Below, piece by piece: positions 30,571 to 41,500 of a stretch of DNA of 64,000 nucleotides. Below the pieces are notes generated by a model. That model did not search any database and was not told where the DNA came from. It was given only the letters and a program-made list of their open reading frames with translations. Source of the DNA: an uncultured Chloroflexia bacterium (GTDB taxonomy: Bacteria; Chloroflexota; Dehalococcoidia; UBA2979); NCBI GenBank assembly GCA_963728205.1, contig CAVSIV010000006.1:128001-192000 (forward strand), given 5' to 3'. The translations under genes and the position numbers were made by a program. Numbering within the stretch: position 1 is the first letter of the stretch; the number at the start of each line of letters is the position of its first letter.

Positions 30571-30786
30571 CTATAGCCGATCCCAGCGCACGCCCGTCAC
30601 GCCTGCGAGCTCGTACACCTGGCGCACGGCCAGGTCCTCTTCCGTTCAGTCGAACGTCGCGCGCAGGAGCTGGTCAAAGTCCGAGCGGTGGATCTCGTTC
30701 ACGGGCGGGGACGCGTTGAGCCGCTCGAGCAGCGCGAGCCCCGAGCGCAGCACCCGCCGGTGGAACGTCGACCGCATCACGTGCAT
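30571..30786 (-). CDS. Candidate small selenoprotein (71 aa, in-frame TGA at 30646-30648)
   Basis: MHVMRSTF...RATFD-TGA-TEEDLAVRQVYELAGVTGVRWDRL-TAG; perfect 7-bp hairpin starts 11 nt after the TGA. Confidence 0.55.
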
Positions 30787-30891
30787 CACCTCGCACCCGC
30801 CCTCGCGGGCCGCGCCGGCGCGCCGCCCCCGTCCGCGGCGGCGCGCCCCATGGTATGACGATGCGCATATCCGTGGACGGCCGGAGCTCCG

Positions 30892-32809
30892 ATGGCCATC
30901 GCCCGCTTCACACGACCACCGCACGTCGCGACCGGCCCCGCGACCGGCCTCGTGCTCACCGCGATCACCGCGGCCGCCGCCGGTCTGCGCCTGTTCGACC
31001 TCGGGCGTGCCGGCCTCGGCAACCTCTTCTACGCCGCCGCCATCCGCTCCGAGGGCCTCTCGCTGCACAACTTCTTCTACGCGGCGTTCGACCCCGCCGG
31101 CACGCTCACCGTCGACAAGCCGCCGCTGGCACTCTGGCTGCAGGTGCTGTCCACGAAGGCGCTGGGCTTCCACGGCGTCGCGATCATCCTGCCGATGGCG
31201 CTCGCCGGGACGGCGGCGGTCCCGCTGCTCTTCGGCGCGGCGCGGCGCAGCCACGGGTTCGCGGCCGCCCTCGCCGCCGCCGCGGTGCTCGCCGTCTTCC
31301 CCGAGTCGGTCGCCACCGCGCGCGACTCGACGATGGACGCGCTGATGATGGCGCTGCTCGCCGCCGGGGCGTGGCTGCTCGTCGCCGCCGTCGAGTCGCG
31401 GCGCGCGGGGCTGCTGCTCGCGTGGGCCGTGCTCATGGGCGTCGTGTTCAACGTGAAGTTCTTCGAAGGCTGCATCGTGCTGCCGGCCGCCGCGGTCTAC
31501 GTCGGCGTGCGCTGGCGTGGCGAGTGGCGCGCGCGGCTGCCGCTGCTCGCGTCCGGCGCCGCCGTGACGGCGGTGATCGCGCTCTCGTGGGTGACGTTCG
31601 TGCAGCTCACGCCGGCGTCGCACCGCCCGCTCGTGATGAACGACGCCGCGAACAGCCCGTACGGACTGATGCTCCGCTACAACGGCGTCGAGCGCGTACG
31701 GCCCGGGCCGGTCGCCATCTTCGAGCCGGTCATCGACACGCCGGCCGTGGTCGCCGCGACCGCGCTCGCCGCGCGGCAGTACGGCGTCGGCGACGCCGGC
31801 CCGCTGCGCCTCTTCCGCGACGCCAACGGCACGCTCCTCGGCACGACGATCCTGCTGTCGCTGCTCGGCGTCGCCATGGTCGCGTGGCGGCGGCGCGACT
31901 GGCTCGACGGGCCGGGCGCGCTGTGGACGGCGTGGCTGCTGTCCGGCGCCGTGCTGTTCACGTTCTCGAACCGGTCGGCGGCGCAGTACACGGAGGCGTA
32001 CGCGCCGGCGATCGCGATGATGGCCGGGGTCGGCCTCGTCGAGGGGTGGCGCGCGAGCGACGGCCGGCGCGCGGCGGTGCTCCCGCTGTCGCTCGCCGTC
32101 GTCGCGGCGTTCGCGTGGTGGGCGGTGCGCATCGAGGCGCCGCTCGCGACGGCGATGCACCGCGCAGCGATCGCGGTCGTCGCGACGTCCGGCGTCGCGG
32201 TCGCGTCGCTCGCGATCGCGCGGGCGGCGCCGGCGCGCGGCGTGCTGCGCGCGCTGCCCGCGGTGGCGGTGCTCGCGCTGCCGCTGGTCGCGTCGCTCTG
32301 GATCGCGCGCGCGGCGCCGCGCGGCGGGCAGATCACGCGGCCCAACCCGCTCGTCTACGCGACGCGCGACGCGCCGTCGACGGCGCGGCGGCTCGTCCCG
32401 GCCGAGGCGATGCTGCGCGCCGCACAGGCCGTCGCGCCGGCTGGCGTCGCGAGCGGCGGCGGCGACGGCGGCAACAGCGCGACCGCGGGGCGCGGGCGCG
32501 GGGCCGCGCTACGCGTTCGGCATCGACGGCGTGAACAACGCCGGCGAGGCGATCGCCTACACGGGCGCGTCCGTGCTCCCCGTCTGGAACGAGTACCTGC
32601 GCGCGCCGGTGCTGCCGCCCGCGCGGCTCGACGCACTGCTGAGGGCCGGCGACGTCCCGCTGCTGGCGCTGTCGCGCGAGCGCATCGCGACCGGGCAGCT
32701 CGCGGACGTCCTCCCCATCGTGCAGCGGAACTGCCGCGCGCTGCCGCGCACCGCCGGCTTCGCGTGGACGCTCTGGACCTGCGGCCCGGCTCCGACGGCC
32801 GCGCGCTGA
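30892..32809 (+). CDS. ArnT/PMT-like (GT39/GT83) membrane glycosyltransferase (frameshift near 32500)
   Basis: NLFYAAA, NFFYAAFDPAG..VDKPPLALW, FNVK, YNG; C-terminal part lies in the 32531-32809 frame. Confidence 0.82.
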
Positions 32810-32862
32810 CGGCGGCGGGTAGGATGCGGCCCGCCACGCGCAGGGCCGTCGGGAGGATCGAG

Positions 32863-33252
32863 ATGAGCCAGCCCCTGCCCGCCGCCGCCATCGAGCGCCT
32901 CGCGCCGTACCGGCCGCTCGAGGACCTGCGCGCCATGCGCGTCGTCACGGAGTCCCCGTGGGCGCGCATCCCGCCGCTGCTCGGCGCCGACGCCACGACG
33001 CTCGGCCACCACGTCCTGATCCGGCCGGACCGCTACCGGCCCGACACCGCCTGGGGCCTCGCGCTGCTGGCCCACGAGTGCGGCCACATCCGCCAGTGGC
33101 GCGAGCTCGGCGTCACCGGCTTCGTCTTCGCGTACGCCCGCGGGCTGCTGACGTCGCGGTTCCGCCACGACGCGCACCCGATGGAGGCGCCGCTCGTCGC
33201 GGAGCAGCGCCGCATCGAGCAGGAGCTGTCCGCCGGCCCGGCGCCGGCATAG
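32863..33252 (+). CDS. Small HExxH protein (DUF4157-like zincin)
   Basis: ATTLGHHV, LLAHECGHIRQW, HPME; GGAGG RBS. Confidence 0.72.
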   Translation: MSQPLPAAAIERLAPYRPLEDLRAMRVVTESPWARIPPLLGADATTLGHHVLIRPDRYRPDTAWGLALLAHECGHIRQWRELGVTGFVFAYARGLLTSRFRHDAHPMEAPLVAEQRRIEQELSAGPAPA

Positions 33253-33293
33253 CCCCGGCGCCCGCGCGGGCGGCAGCGTCTAGGATCGGGCGC

Positions 33294-33923
33294 GTGGACT
33301 CGCCCGCTGCCCCCGCCGACGTCGATCGCCTGCGCCGCCGCCTCAGCCGGTGGCTCGCCGGGGCGGCGGTCGCCCTGCTCATCGCGCTCGCGCTCGCCGG
33401 GCTGGCCGCCCGCCGCGCCGGCGGCGTCGCCCCCGGCGTGCCCGCTCCGCGGTTCGACCTCGCGCTGCTCACCGGCGACGGGCGCGTCACGAACGCCGAC
33501 CTCGCGGGCCGCGTCGCCGTCGTCAACGTGTGGGCGTCGTGGTGCCCGCCCTGCCGCGACGAGGCGCCCGCGCTGCAGCGCGTCTACGCGAGCAGCGACG
33601 CAGCGCGCGTCGCGTTCCTCGGGGTCGCGCACGACGACACCGCGCACGCCGCGCGCGGCTTCCTCGACCGCTTCCATGTGGGCTACGCGAGCGCGCTCGA
33701 CGACGGCTCGTTCGGCGCCGCCTACGGCGTGCGCGGCCTGCCCACGACCTACGTGATCGCCGCCGACGGCACGCTCGTGAGCCGCCACTTCGGCCCGATC
33801 GGCGAGACCGAGCTGCGCGCGCTGATCGCGAGCGCGCTGGCCCGGCCCGCCGCAACGCCCGCGCCGGGCGCGAGCGCCACCGCGCCCGCGGCCGCGGCCG
33901 CGGCCGCGGGCGGCGGGGGATAG
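33294..33923 (+). CDS. TlpA/ResA-like membrane-anchored thioredoxin
   Basis: TM anchor, VNVWASWCPPCRDE, YGVRGLPTT. Confidence 0.9.
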   Translation: MDSPAAPADVDRLRRRLSRWLAGAAVALLIALALAGLAARRAGGVAPGVPAPRFDLALLTGDGRVTNADLAGRVAVVNVWASWCPPCRDEAPALQRVYASSDAARVAFLGVAHDDTAHAARGFLDRFHVGYASALDDGSFGAAYGVRGLPTTYVIAADGTLVSRHFGPIGETELRALIASALARPAATPAPGASATAPAAAAAAAGGGG

Positions 33924-33927
33924 CGCG

Positions 33928-34674
33928 ATGCCCGAGTTCATCCGGGTGCGCGGCGAGGCGCTCTCGCTGCTCGTGGCGGCGCTGCTGCTCGCGGGGTCGG
34001 CGCGGCCGATTGCCGACCTGCTCGGGCTCGACCGCCGTCGTGTCGGCGACCTCTTCTGGAACGCCGGCGCGGCGTTCGTGATCGCGGGGCGGGTCGCGTA
34101 CCTGGTCGCGGCGTCGCCGCGCAGCCTGGTCGACGCGCTCGTGGTGATCCGCTTCTGGGGCGGCATCGATCCCATCGCCGGCGTGCTCGCCGCCGCCGCG
34201 GCCGGCTGGTGGATCGCGCGCCGCGCGCCGGCGCTGCGCGCGCCGTGGGCCGCGGCGACCGCGCTCGGGCTCGCGGTCGCGACCGTCGGCTACGACGCCG
34301 CGTGCGTCGTCCGCGACGCGTGCTACGGCGCCACCGCCCCGCCGCCGCTCGGGTTCCGCATGTCGGGCCTCGCCGACACGCGGCTCGCCACCCCGCTGGT
34401 CGAGGCCGCCGCCGTGCTGCTCGTGCTCGCCGCGCTGCTCGCCGCGTGGCGGCGGCTCGGCGCCGCGACCGTCGCCGCGTGGACGTTCGCCGCGCTCGCG
34501 CTGCTGCGCGCCGCGCTGACGCCGGCGTCGGTCGCCGGCCGGTCCGCCGTCGACGCCGTGACGTGGCTCACGCTGATCGCCGGCCTCGCCGCGCTCGCCG
34601 CCGGCGCCTGGCTCACACGTCGCGCCCGCCGGCCGGACACCCCCCGGACGAACGGCCCCGCGTCGGCGGGCTGA
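33928..34674 (+). CDS. Lgt-like (prolipoprotein diacylglyceryl transferase-like) membrane protein
   Basis: GRVAYL, FWGG, CYG..T..PLG; multiple TMs; divergent. Confidence 0.55.
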   Translation: MPEFIRVRGEALSLLVAALLLAGSARPIADLLGLDRRRVGDLFWNAGAAFVIAGRVAYLVAASPRSLVDALVVIRFWGGIDPIAGVLAAAAAGWWIARRAPALRAPWAAATALGLAVATVGYDAACVVRDACYGATAPPPLGFRMSGLADTRLATPLVEAAAVLLVLAALLAAWRRLGAATVAAWTFAALALLRAALTPASVAGRSAVDAVTWLTLIAGLAALAAGAWLTRRARRPDTPRTNGPASAG

Positions 34675-34770
34675 GCGGGCCGCGCCGTCCCCGCGCCCTC
34701 GCGGCGAAGGCCCCCGCGTCAGTGGGCTGGGGAGCCGCCCCGCCCCCGTCCTCCCGTCGGCGCGCCCGCG

Positions 34771-35592
34771 TCAGCGAGCCGCGCCACCGCCACCGCCATC
34801 CCCACCGCCCCCATCCCTCCGCGGCCGCTCGAGAAACGCGCGCATCCGCGCTCGCGGCTCGTCGCCCGCATACGCCGCGCGGAACGCCGCGATCCCCGCC
34901 TCGATCGCCTCCGCGAGCGGCAGCCGCTCCCACCGCGCGATCAGCGCCTTCTGCGCCCGCATCGCCCGCGGCCCCGCCGCGAGAATCGCCGACACCCGCC
35001 GCTCCACCGCCGCGTCGAGCCCGCCCGCCGGCGCCACCGCCTCCACGAGCCCCGCCGCCAGCGCCTCGGCCGCCCCGATCGCCTCGCCCGTGAACAGCAG
35101 CTCGCGCGTCTTCCCCCACCCGATCAGCGACGGCAGTAGCGCGGCCTCGATCACCGACGGGATCCCGACCCGCACCTCCGGCATGCCGAACGTCGCGTCC
35201 GCCGACGCTATCCGCACGTCGCAGGCCGCCGCGACCTCGAGTCCCGCGCCCAGGCAGTACCCGCTCACGCTCGCGATCACCGGCACCGGGCATGCGCGGA
35301 TCGCCGCGCACGCCTCGTGCAGCCGCGTGATGAACGCCTCCGCCGACGCCGGCTCCAGCCCCACCATCTCGCCGATGTCCGCCCCGCCGATGAACGCCCG
35401 CTCCCCCGCGCCCGCCAGCACCACGACGCGCAGCGCGTCGTCGCCGGCCAGCCCCGTGAACGCCCCGGCCAGCGCGTCGATCAGCGCCCCGTCGAGCACG
35501 TTGAGCCGCGCGCGCCGGTCGACCGTCACGCGCGCCACGCGGCCCTCCGGGCGCTCCTCGATCTCGACCCGCACCTCGCCGTCGCCCGCCAT
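34771..35592 (-). CDS. Enoyl-CoA hydratase/isomerase
   Basis: AFIGGADI, CLGAGLE, FGMPEVRVGIP. Confidence 0.92.
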   Translation of the reverse strand: MAGDGEVRVEIEERPEGRVARVTVDRRARLNVLDGALIDALAGAFTGLAGDDALRVVVLAGAGERAFIGGADIGEMVGLEPASAEAFITRLHEACAAIRACPVPVIASVSGYCLGAGLEVAAACDVRIASADATFGMPEVRVGIPSVIEAALLPSLIGWGKTRELLFTGEAIGAAEALAAGLVEAVAPAGGLDAAVERRVSAILAAGPRAMRAQKALIARWERLPLAEAIEAGIAAFRAAYAGDEPRARMRAFLERPRRDGGGGDGGGGGAAR

Positions 35593-35808
35593 CTCGCCTC
35601 CCCGCAAGCGACGGCCGACATGCCGCCGATGTCCCGGCGGCGTCCGCCGCCGACGCTGCCCGCGCCGCGCCTGCCCGCAGCGCGCGCATCCTATCCGCCA
35701 TCCCGCGCGGCACGGCGGCGCGGCGGCCCGACGGGGGTGGCCCGGCCGCGCCGCCAGCCCCTACGCTCGATCGGTTGCCGCCGAGCAGGCGGCCCGAGCG
35801 GAGGCCCC

Positions 35809-37020
35809 GTGACCGTCGAGATCCGTCCGATCACCGCCGACGAGCTGGTCGACTACCGGCGCGTGTGGTCCTACGTCTTCGCGGAGAACAGCGTCGACCC
35901 GACCGACGTGAGCGACGACTGGACGCAGCCCGAGTGGACGCTGTGCGCGTTCGTCGACGGCCGCATCGCGTCCACGATGGGCGCCTACCCGTTCACGATG
36001 CGCTGGAACGGCGCGCCGGTCGCGGCCGCCGGCATCACCGCCGTGGGCACGCTCCCCGAGTACCGCCGCCGCGGCCTGCTGCGCAGCGTCATGACGCATG
36101 CGCTGCGCGATCAGCGCGAACGCGGGCAGTCCATCGCGATCCTCTGGGCGAGCATGGGCGCGATCTACCAGCGGTTCGGCTACGGCCTCGCGAGCAGCGT
36201 CGTCCGCTACGACGTCGCGCCGCGCGACGCCGTCTTCCAGCAGCCGGCCGAGCCCACGGGCGGCGTCCACCTCACCCCGCAGGCCGAGGCGCGCGACGTC
36301 ATCGAGGGCGTCTACGCCGAGTACGCCGCGCCGCGCAACGTCATGCTCCACCGCTCGTCCTGGATGTGGGACAACCAGTTCCGCGAGCGCGAGAAGCGAC
36401 GGCGCTACGTCGGCGTCTATCGCGACGGCGACGATCGCCCCTCCGGTTATGTCATCTATTCGACTCGCGAGGAGCCCGTCCACTTCGAGCCGGCGCCCGA
36501 CCAGGTGATGGAGGTGCACGACTTCGTCGCGCTCGACCTCGACGCCTACCGCGGTCTCTGGGCGTACCTGCGGGCGCACGACCTGGTGGCGCGCGTGCAG
36601 ATGGCGGTCCCCGAGGACGACCCCGCGCCGGCGCTGCTGCTCGAGCCGCGCGTGCTCCGCCGCCGCGCCGGCGACGGCATCTGGATGCGCATCGTCGACG
36701 TCGAGCGCGCGCTGCCGCAGCGGCCGTACGGCGACGCCGGTGCGCTCACGCTGCGCGTGCACGACGACGTCTGCGACTGGAACGACGCGACGTTCCGCCT
36801 CGAGACCGACGGCGCGGACACGACGGTCGCGCGCACCGACCGCCACGAGCCCGACCTCGTGCTGCCGGCGCGCAGCCTCTCGATGCTCGCGAGCGGCTAC
36901 GCCTCCGCCACGCACCTCGCGCGCTGGGGCCTCGCCGAGACGCGCGAGTCCGCCTCGCTCCGCCTCGCGGATCGCCTCTTCGCGACGGAGTACCGGGGGT
37001 ACTGCCCGGACGGGTTCTAG
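35809..37020 (+). CDS. Eis-family GNAT acetyltransferase
   Basis: VGTLPEYRRRGL, LWAS..IYQRFGYG, WMRIVDV..AL, SCP-like C-terminus ending CPDGF. Confidence 0.9.
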   Translation: MTVEIRPITADELVDYRRVWSYVFAENSVDPTDVSDDWTQPEWTLCAFVDGRIASTMGAYPFTMRWNGAPVAAAGITAVGTLPEYRRRGLLRSVMTHALRDQRERGQSIAILWASMGAIYQRFGYGLASSVVRYDVAPRDAVFQQPAEPTGGVHLTPQAEARDVIEGVYAEYAAPRNVMLHRSSWMWDNQFREREKRRRYVGVYRDGDDRPSGYVIYSTREEPVHFEPAPDQVMEVHDFVALDLDAYRGLWAYLRAHDLVARVQMAVPEDDPAPALLLEPRVLRRRAGDGIWMRIVDVERALPQRPYGDAGALTLRVHDDVCDWNDATFRLETDGADTTVARTDRHEPDLVLPARSLSMLASGYASATHLARWGLAETRESASLRLADRLFATEYRGYCPDGF

Positions 37021-37131
37021 ATCCGTCCGCCCAACCACACGGGGTCGCGCCCTCGCGGGCCGCGCTGGCATCGGCGGCGTGTCTGCCGCCGCTTGCCGCG
37101 GACTCGACGAAGTCCGCCGCCCGCCGCGCGC

Positions 37132-38259
37132 CTACCAGCGCGTGATGCCGAGCACGCCCTCGTAGCGATCGAGCATCGCGTCGGCGCGCGCGACCAGCAC
37201 GCCCGCGCCGTGCGTCAGTGCCGCCGCGAGCAGGTCCTCGATCGCCGCGCCGTCCAGCGTCGACGCGTGCTTGCGCGCGTCGCGCGCGACGCCGAAATGC
37301 GTGATCGCGGCCTCGTGCACGAGCAACGTCCCGAGCTGGCCGCGCTCCGCCGCCTCGCGCGCCGCGCCAATCCCGGACACCGCCTGGTCGCGGAAGTCGC
37401 CGGCGAGCCAGCGCTCCGCCTCGCGGTCGGCCATCGCCTGCTGCGCGTCCGCCGCCAGCGCCATCGCCATGTCGGCGATCTCGGCGTCCGTCAGCTGCGG
37501 ATGGATGTCGGGCGTCTGCACGGCGCGCTCCGCGAGGCCCGGCGGCAGCCGCTTCATGAGGTCCGCGCGCGGCTCGTCCGCGCCGGCGATCAGCAGGATG
37601 TCGTCGCGGCCCACGAACTCCTGGAGCCGCGCCGCCTCGTCGGCCGCGAACTGCGTGCGGTGCGCGAGGATCTGCTTCTCAATCCGCGACCGCGAGTGGC
37701 CGCCGGCCGCGCCCTCGCCGGCCGACGCGACGCGCCCTTCGACGTTCGTCCGGCCGTGCGCCGACCCCAGCTCGCTCTCGTCGTGCTGCACGACGGCGGT
37801 CGCCTCGACGACGCCGTAGTGCACGCGCATCGCGTGCATCGCGGTCAGGTCGGTCGCGACCACGGATACCGGCCGGCGCGTGAGCATGTCGAAACGCACC
37901 AGCTCGAAGAGCGCCGGCGTGAGCGCGAGCGCCGCGGAGTTGCGGAACGGCTGCGCCGTTTCGACCTCGACGCGCAGGTCCCCCGCGGCGCTGCCCGCGT
38001 AGAAGAGGCCGCGCGCGCCGGCCGCAAGCCCGCGTTCCATCGCCGCCTCCACCGCCGCCTCGTCGGCCTCTACCGCGCGACGCACGTCGTGCTCGAGCGA
38101 GTGGCCCGCCTCGGCCTCGCGCAGCATCTCCTTCAGCACCTGGCGCGCCGACGGGATGCCGTCGGTGCCCGGCCCAAGGTCCAGCGACACGGTCAGCACG
38201 AGGTGCCCGCCGGCGGTCCGTCCCGGCAGCTCGCGGCAGAGTTGTTCGATGCGGTTCAT
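37132..38259 (-). CDS. Bacterial eRF1/pelota-like (baeRF) protein
   Basis: LTVSLDL N-domain, GGHSRSR loop, C-terminal G......A.RGQLGTLL...GVLGITRW. Confidence 0.65.
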   Translation of the reverse strand: MNRIEQLCRELPGRTAGGHLVLTVSLDLGPGTDGIPSARQVLKEMLREAEAGHSLEHDVRRAVEADEAAVEAAMERGLAAGARGLFYAGSAAGDLRVEVETAQPFRNSAALALTPALFELVRFDMLTRRPVSVVATDLTAMHAMRVHYGVVEATAVVQHDESELGSAHGRTNVEGRVASAGEGAAGGHSRSRIEKQILAHRTQFAADEAARLQEFVGRDDILLIAGADEPRADLMKRLPPGLAERAVQTPDIHPQLTDAEIADMAMALAADAQQAMADREAERWLAGDFRDQAVSGIGAAREAAERGQLGTLLVHEAAITHFGVARDARKHASTLDGAAIEDLLAAALTHGAGVLVARADAMLDRYEGVLGITRW

Positions 38260-38387
38260 CGCGCGCTCCATCTCTCGCCCGGCCGCGACCCGCGCGGCCA
38301 ATCCATCCAACTCCCACGCTACGCGGGCCGATCGAGCGCGGCAGCGGGCGAACGTCAGCCGATGCGCCGGACGTGTGCGTCGCCTCC

Positions 38388-38497
38388 GCAAGCGGCGGCA
38401 GACACGCCGCCGATGTCGACGGCGGCAACTGCCGCCAATCCAGATCGGCGGCCGACCGCCGCCGATGGAGTCGGCGGCGTATCTGCCGCCGCTTGCG
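38388..38497. repeat. REP-like palindrome pair
   Basis: GCAAGCGGCGGCAGACACGCCGCCGA ... TCGGCGGCGTATCTGCCGCCGCTTGC. Confidence 0.8.
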
Positions 38498-38511
38498 TCT
38501 GATCGCGGAGG

Positions 38512-41500
38512 TCAGCCCCGGTCGTCCGCCTCGTCCAGCGCGAGGTCGGCGCCGTGCCGCAGCGTCCGCACGGCCACCGCCTTCGCCCAGGCGAACCGGC
38601 GCGGGAACCCCGGCTCGCGCGGCTGCGGGCCGTCGAGCGGCGAGAGCAGCGCCTTGAGCGACCGCTGCCGCGGCGCAGTTGGTCCCAGCCGCCGGTAGAC
38701 CGCGTCGGCCAGCGCGCCGGCGGCGTCGGTCGCGACGAACGCGACGTCCGGCGACTCGGCGAGCGTGAGCAGCGCGCCCGGCGCGTCGCCGGCCGCGGCG
38801 AGCGCGCCCGGCGGCGCGCCGGCCTCGCGCAGCGCGTCCACCACCGGCGCCAGCGCCGGCGACGCGACGACGCACACCGCGTTGCCGGCGAGCAGCGGCG
38901 CCGCCAGCCACCACGCCGCATCGGCGCCCGTCGCGTGCACGAGCCCGAGTCCGCGCGCCGGCCCGAAGCGCAGCTCGTTGTGCTGGCCCGCGACCGGCAG
39001 CGTCGGCAGCGCGCGGTCGAGCTCACGGCGCGCCGACTGCGCGGCGTCGAGCAGCCGTCCCGCCGCCACCGCCTCGCCGCGCGCGCCGAGCAGCGCGGCG
39101 GCGCCCTCCACGACCGCGACGCGACGCTCGAACGGGGCGTCCCATCGCTTCGCGAGCTCCGCCGGCAGCGCGGCGGCGACCGGCGCGGTCGCCGCCGGCC
39201 CGGCGCCCGCGGACGGATCGCCCGCGTCGGCGGCGTCGGCCCGCCGCGTGAACGCCCACAGGTAGTCTGGCCCGCCGGCCTTCGGCCCGGTGCCCGACAT
39301 CCACATCCCGCCGAACGGCTCCACGCCGACGCGCGAGCCGGTGATCGACCGATTCACGTAGATGTTGCCGGCCTCGAGCGCGCGCACCGCGCGGGCCACC
39401 GTCCGCGGGCTGCGCGAGAACACGCCCGCCGTCAGCCCGTACTCCGTCGCGTTCGCCAGGCGGTACGCCTGCTGTTCGTCGTCGAAGGGCACGAGCAGCA
39501 GGATCGGCCCGAACAGCTCCTCGGTGGCCGTCGTCCCGCGCGTCGCGCGCTCGGGCGGCAGCGTCGACGATCAGCGGCGCGAGGTTCAGGTTCTCGGCCG
39601 CCGGCGAGGGGCCGGTGAAGCGGTCGAGCAGCACCTCGCACTCGCCCCGCGCGCGGTCGGCGGCGGCGAGCAGCCGCATGTCGCGTCGCGGTCGATCACG
39701 GGGTTCACCTGCGTCGACGGGTCGTCGGCGCGCCCGACGTGCAGGCTGCGCGCGGCCTCGACCAGCCGCCGCCGCAGCCGCGCGAACACCGGCCGCTCGA
39801 CGTAGACGCGCGACGCCGCGGAGCACCGCTGGTTCGCGTGCCCGAACGCCGACGCGAGGATGCCCGACACCGCCTCGTCGAGGTCGGCGTCGGCGAACAC
39901 GATCACCGGGTTCTTGCCGCCCATCTCCGCGACGAGCGCCTTCACGCCCCCGCCGGGCGCGCCCGGCGTGCCGCCCCCGGCGAGCTCGATGCCGGCCACC
40001 GTCGCGTGCAGCGCGGTGCCCACCGCGCGCGAGCCGGTGAACGCGACCATCGCGACCTCCGGGCTCTCCGCCAGCGCGGCGCCCACCGTCTCGCCGCGAC
40101 CCGGCAGCCACGTCACGACGTCGCGCGGCACGCCGGCCTCGTGCAGCAGCGCGACCAGCCGCCCGGCGATCAGCGGCGTCTGCTCCGCGGGCTTGAGGAT
40201 CGCCGTGTTGCCGCACACCAGCGCCGCGCTCGTCATCCCGCACGGGATCGACAGCGAGAAGTTCCACGGCGGGATCACCGCGACGACACCGCGCGGCGCC
40301 AGCGCGTCGCCGTGCCGCGCGAACAGCGCCGCGGCCTGCATCGCGTAGTAGCGAAGGAAGTCGATCGTCTCCTCGACCTCCGCGTAAGCGGCTGCGCGGT
40401 CGCGACCGCCCTCGTGCACGATCCACGCCGCGAACGTGTGGCGGCGCTCCCACAGCAGGTCCGCCGCGCGGCGCAGCGCGGCCGCTCGCTGCGGGGCGGG
40501 CGTCGCGGCCCACGCCGGCAGCGCGGCGCCGGCCACGGCGATCGCGCGCGCCACCCCCGCGCGCCCCGCGAGCTCGACCTCGCCGATCGGCGGCCCGTCG
40601 GGGTGCGACGGGCTGTGCACCGCGACCGTCTCCGCCGCCGGCTCCCGCTCGCCGACGATCACGAGCAGCGTCCGGCCGCCCCACTCCGCGCGCGTCGCCG
40701 CGAGCGCCGCCTCGAACGCCGCGCGGTGCTCGGCGCGGAACCACGGCGCGGACGGCGCGCGCTGGAAGTCGCCCGCGTCGCGCGGCTCCTCGGGCGGCTC
40801 CGGCTCGCCGTGCGGCGGCGGCCGCAGCAGCTCGTCGTCCGATACGCCGCTGCGGCTCTGCAGCAGGAACCCCGCCTGCGACGAGTTCTCGAGCACGCGC
40901 CGCACCAGGTACGCCATCCCCGGCAGCAGCTCGCCGACCGGCACGTAGTCGCGCGCCACCCAGCCGAGACGCGCGAGACCCTCGCTCATGCCCTCGGCGG
41001 TGCGATAGAGCGTCTGGTGCTCGAGCGCCGCCGCCGGCAGCCCGTGCGCCTCGGCCAGCGCATGCGCTACGGCGTGCGACCGGGCGTTGTGGCTGCCGAC
41101 CGCCAGCCGCAGGCTCGGCCACGCGCCGAGCAGCACCGGCAGCACGCGCTCGAACTGCGCGTCGGTGTCGCCCTTGCGCGCGAACACCGGCGACGGCCAC
41201 TTCGCCTCGCGCGCGACAATCGTCTCGTAGTCCCAGTACGCGCCCTTCACGAGCCGCACCTGGAACGGCGCGCCCCGCTCGCGCGCGAAGTCCGCGACCG
41301 CGGCGGCGTGCGTGTCGGCGTCGCGCAGGTACGCCTGCACGACGACCCCGGCGCCCTCCCACGCGCCGAACCGCTCGCCACGCCCGAACGTCGCGCGGAA
41401 CACGTCCCAGGTGAGGTCGCGGTAGGCGTACTGCTCCATGTCGACGGTGATGCCGACCCCGGCGTGCTCCGCCGCCTCGCGAATCGCCTCGAGCGCCGGT

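Noticed and set aside
27981-30786. RiPP cluster (two SPASM radical SAMs plus a small peptide)
   Set aside because: Both enzymes carry AhbC/AhbD-like heme-biosynthesis signatures; no RiPP transporter or protease is linked, and a REP element separates the small ORF.
30892-33252. Glycosyltransferase-zincin fusion (786 aa in the ORF track)
   Set aside because: Artefact of the frameshift near 32500; the HExxH protein has its own RBS and ATG at 32863.
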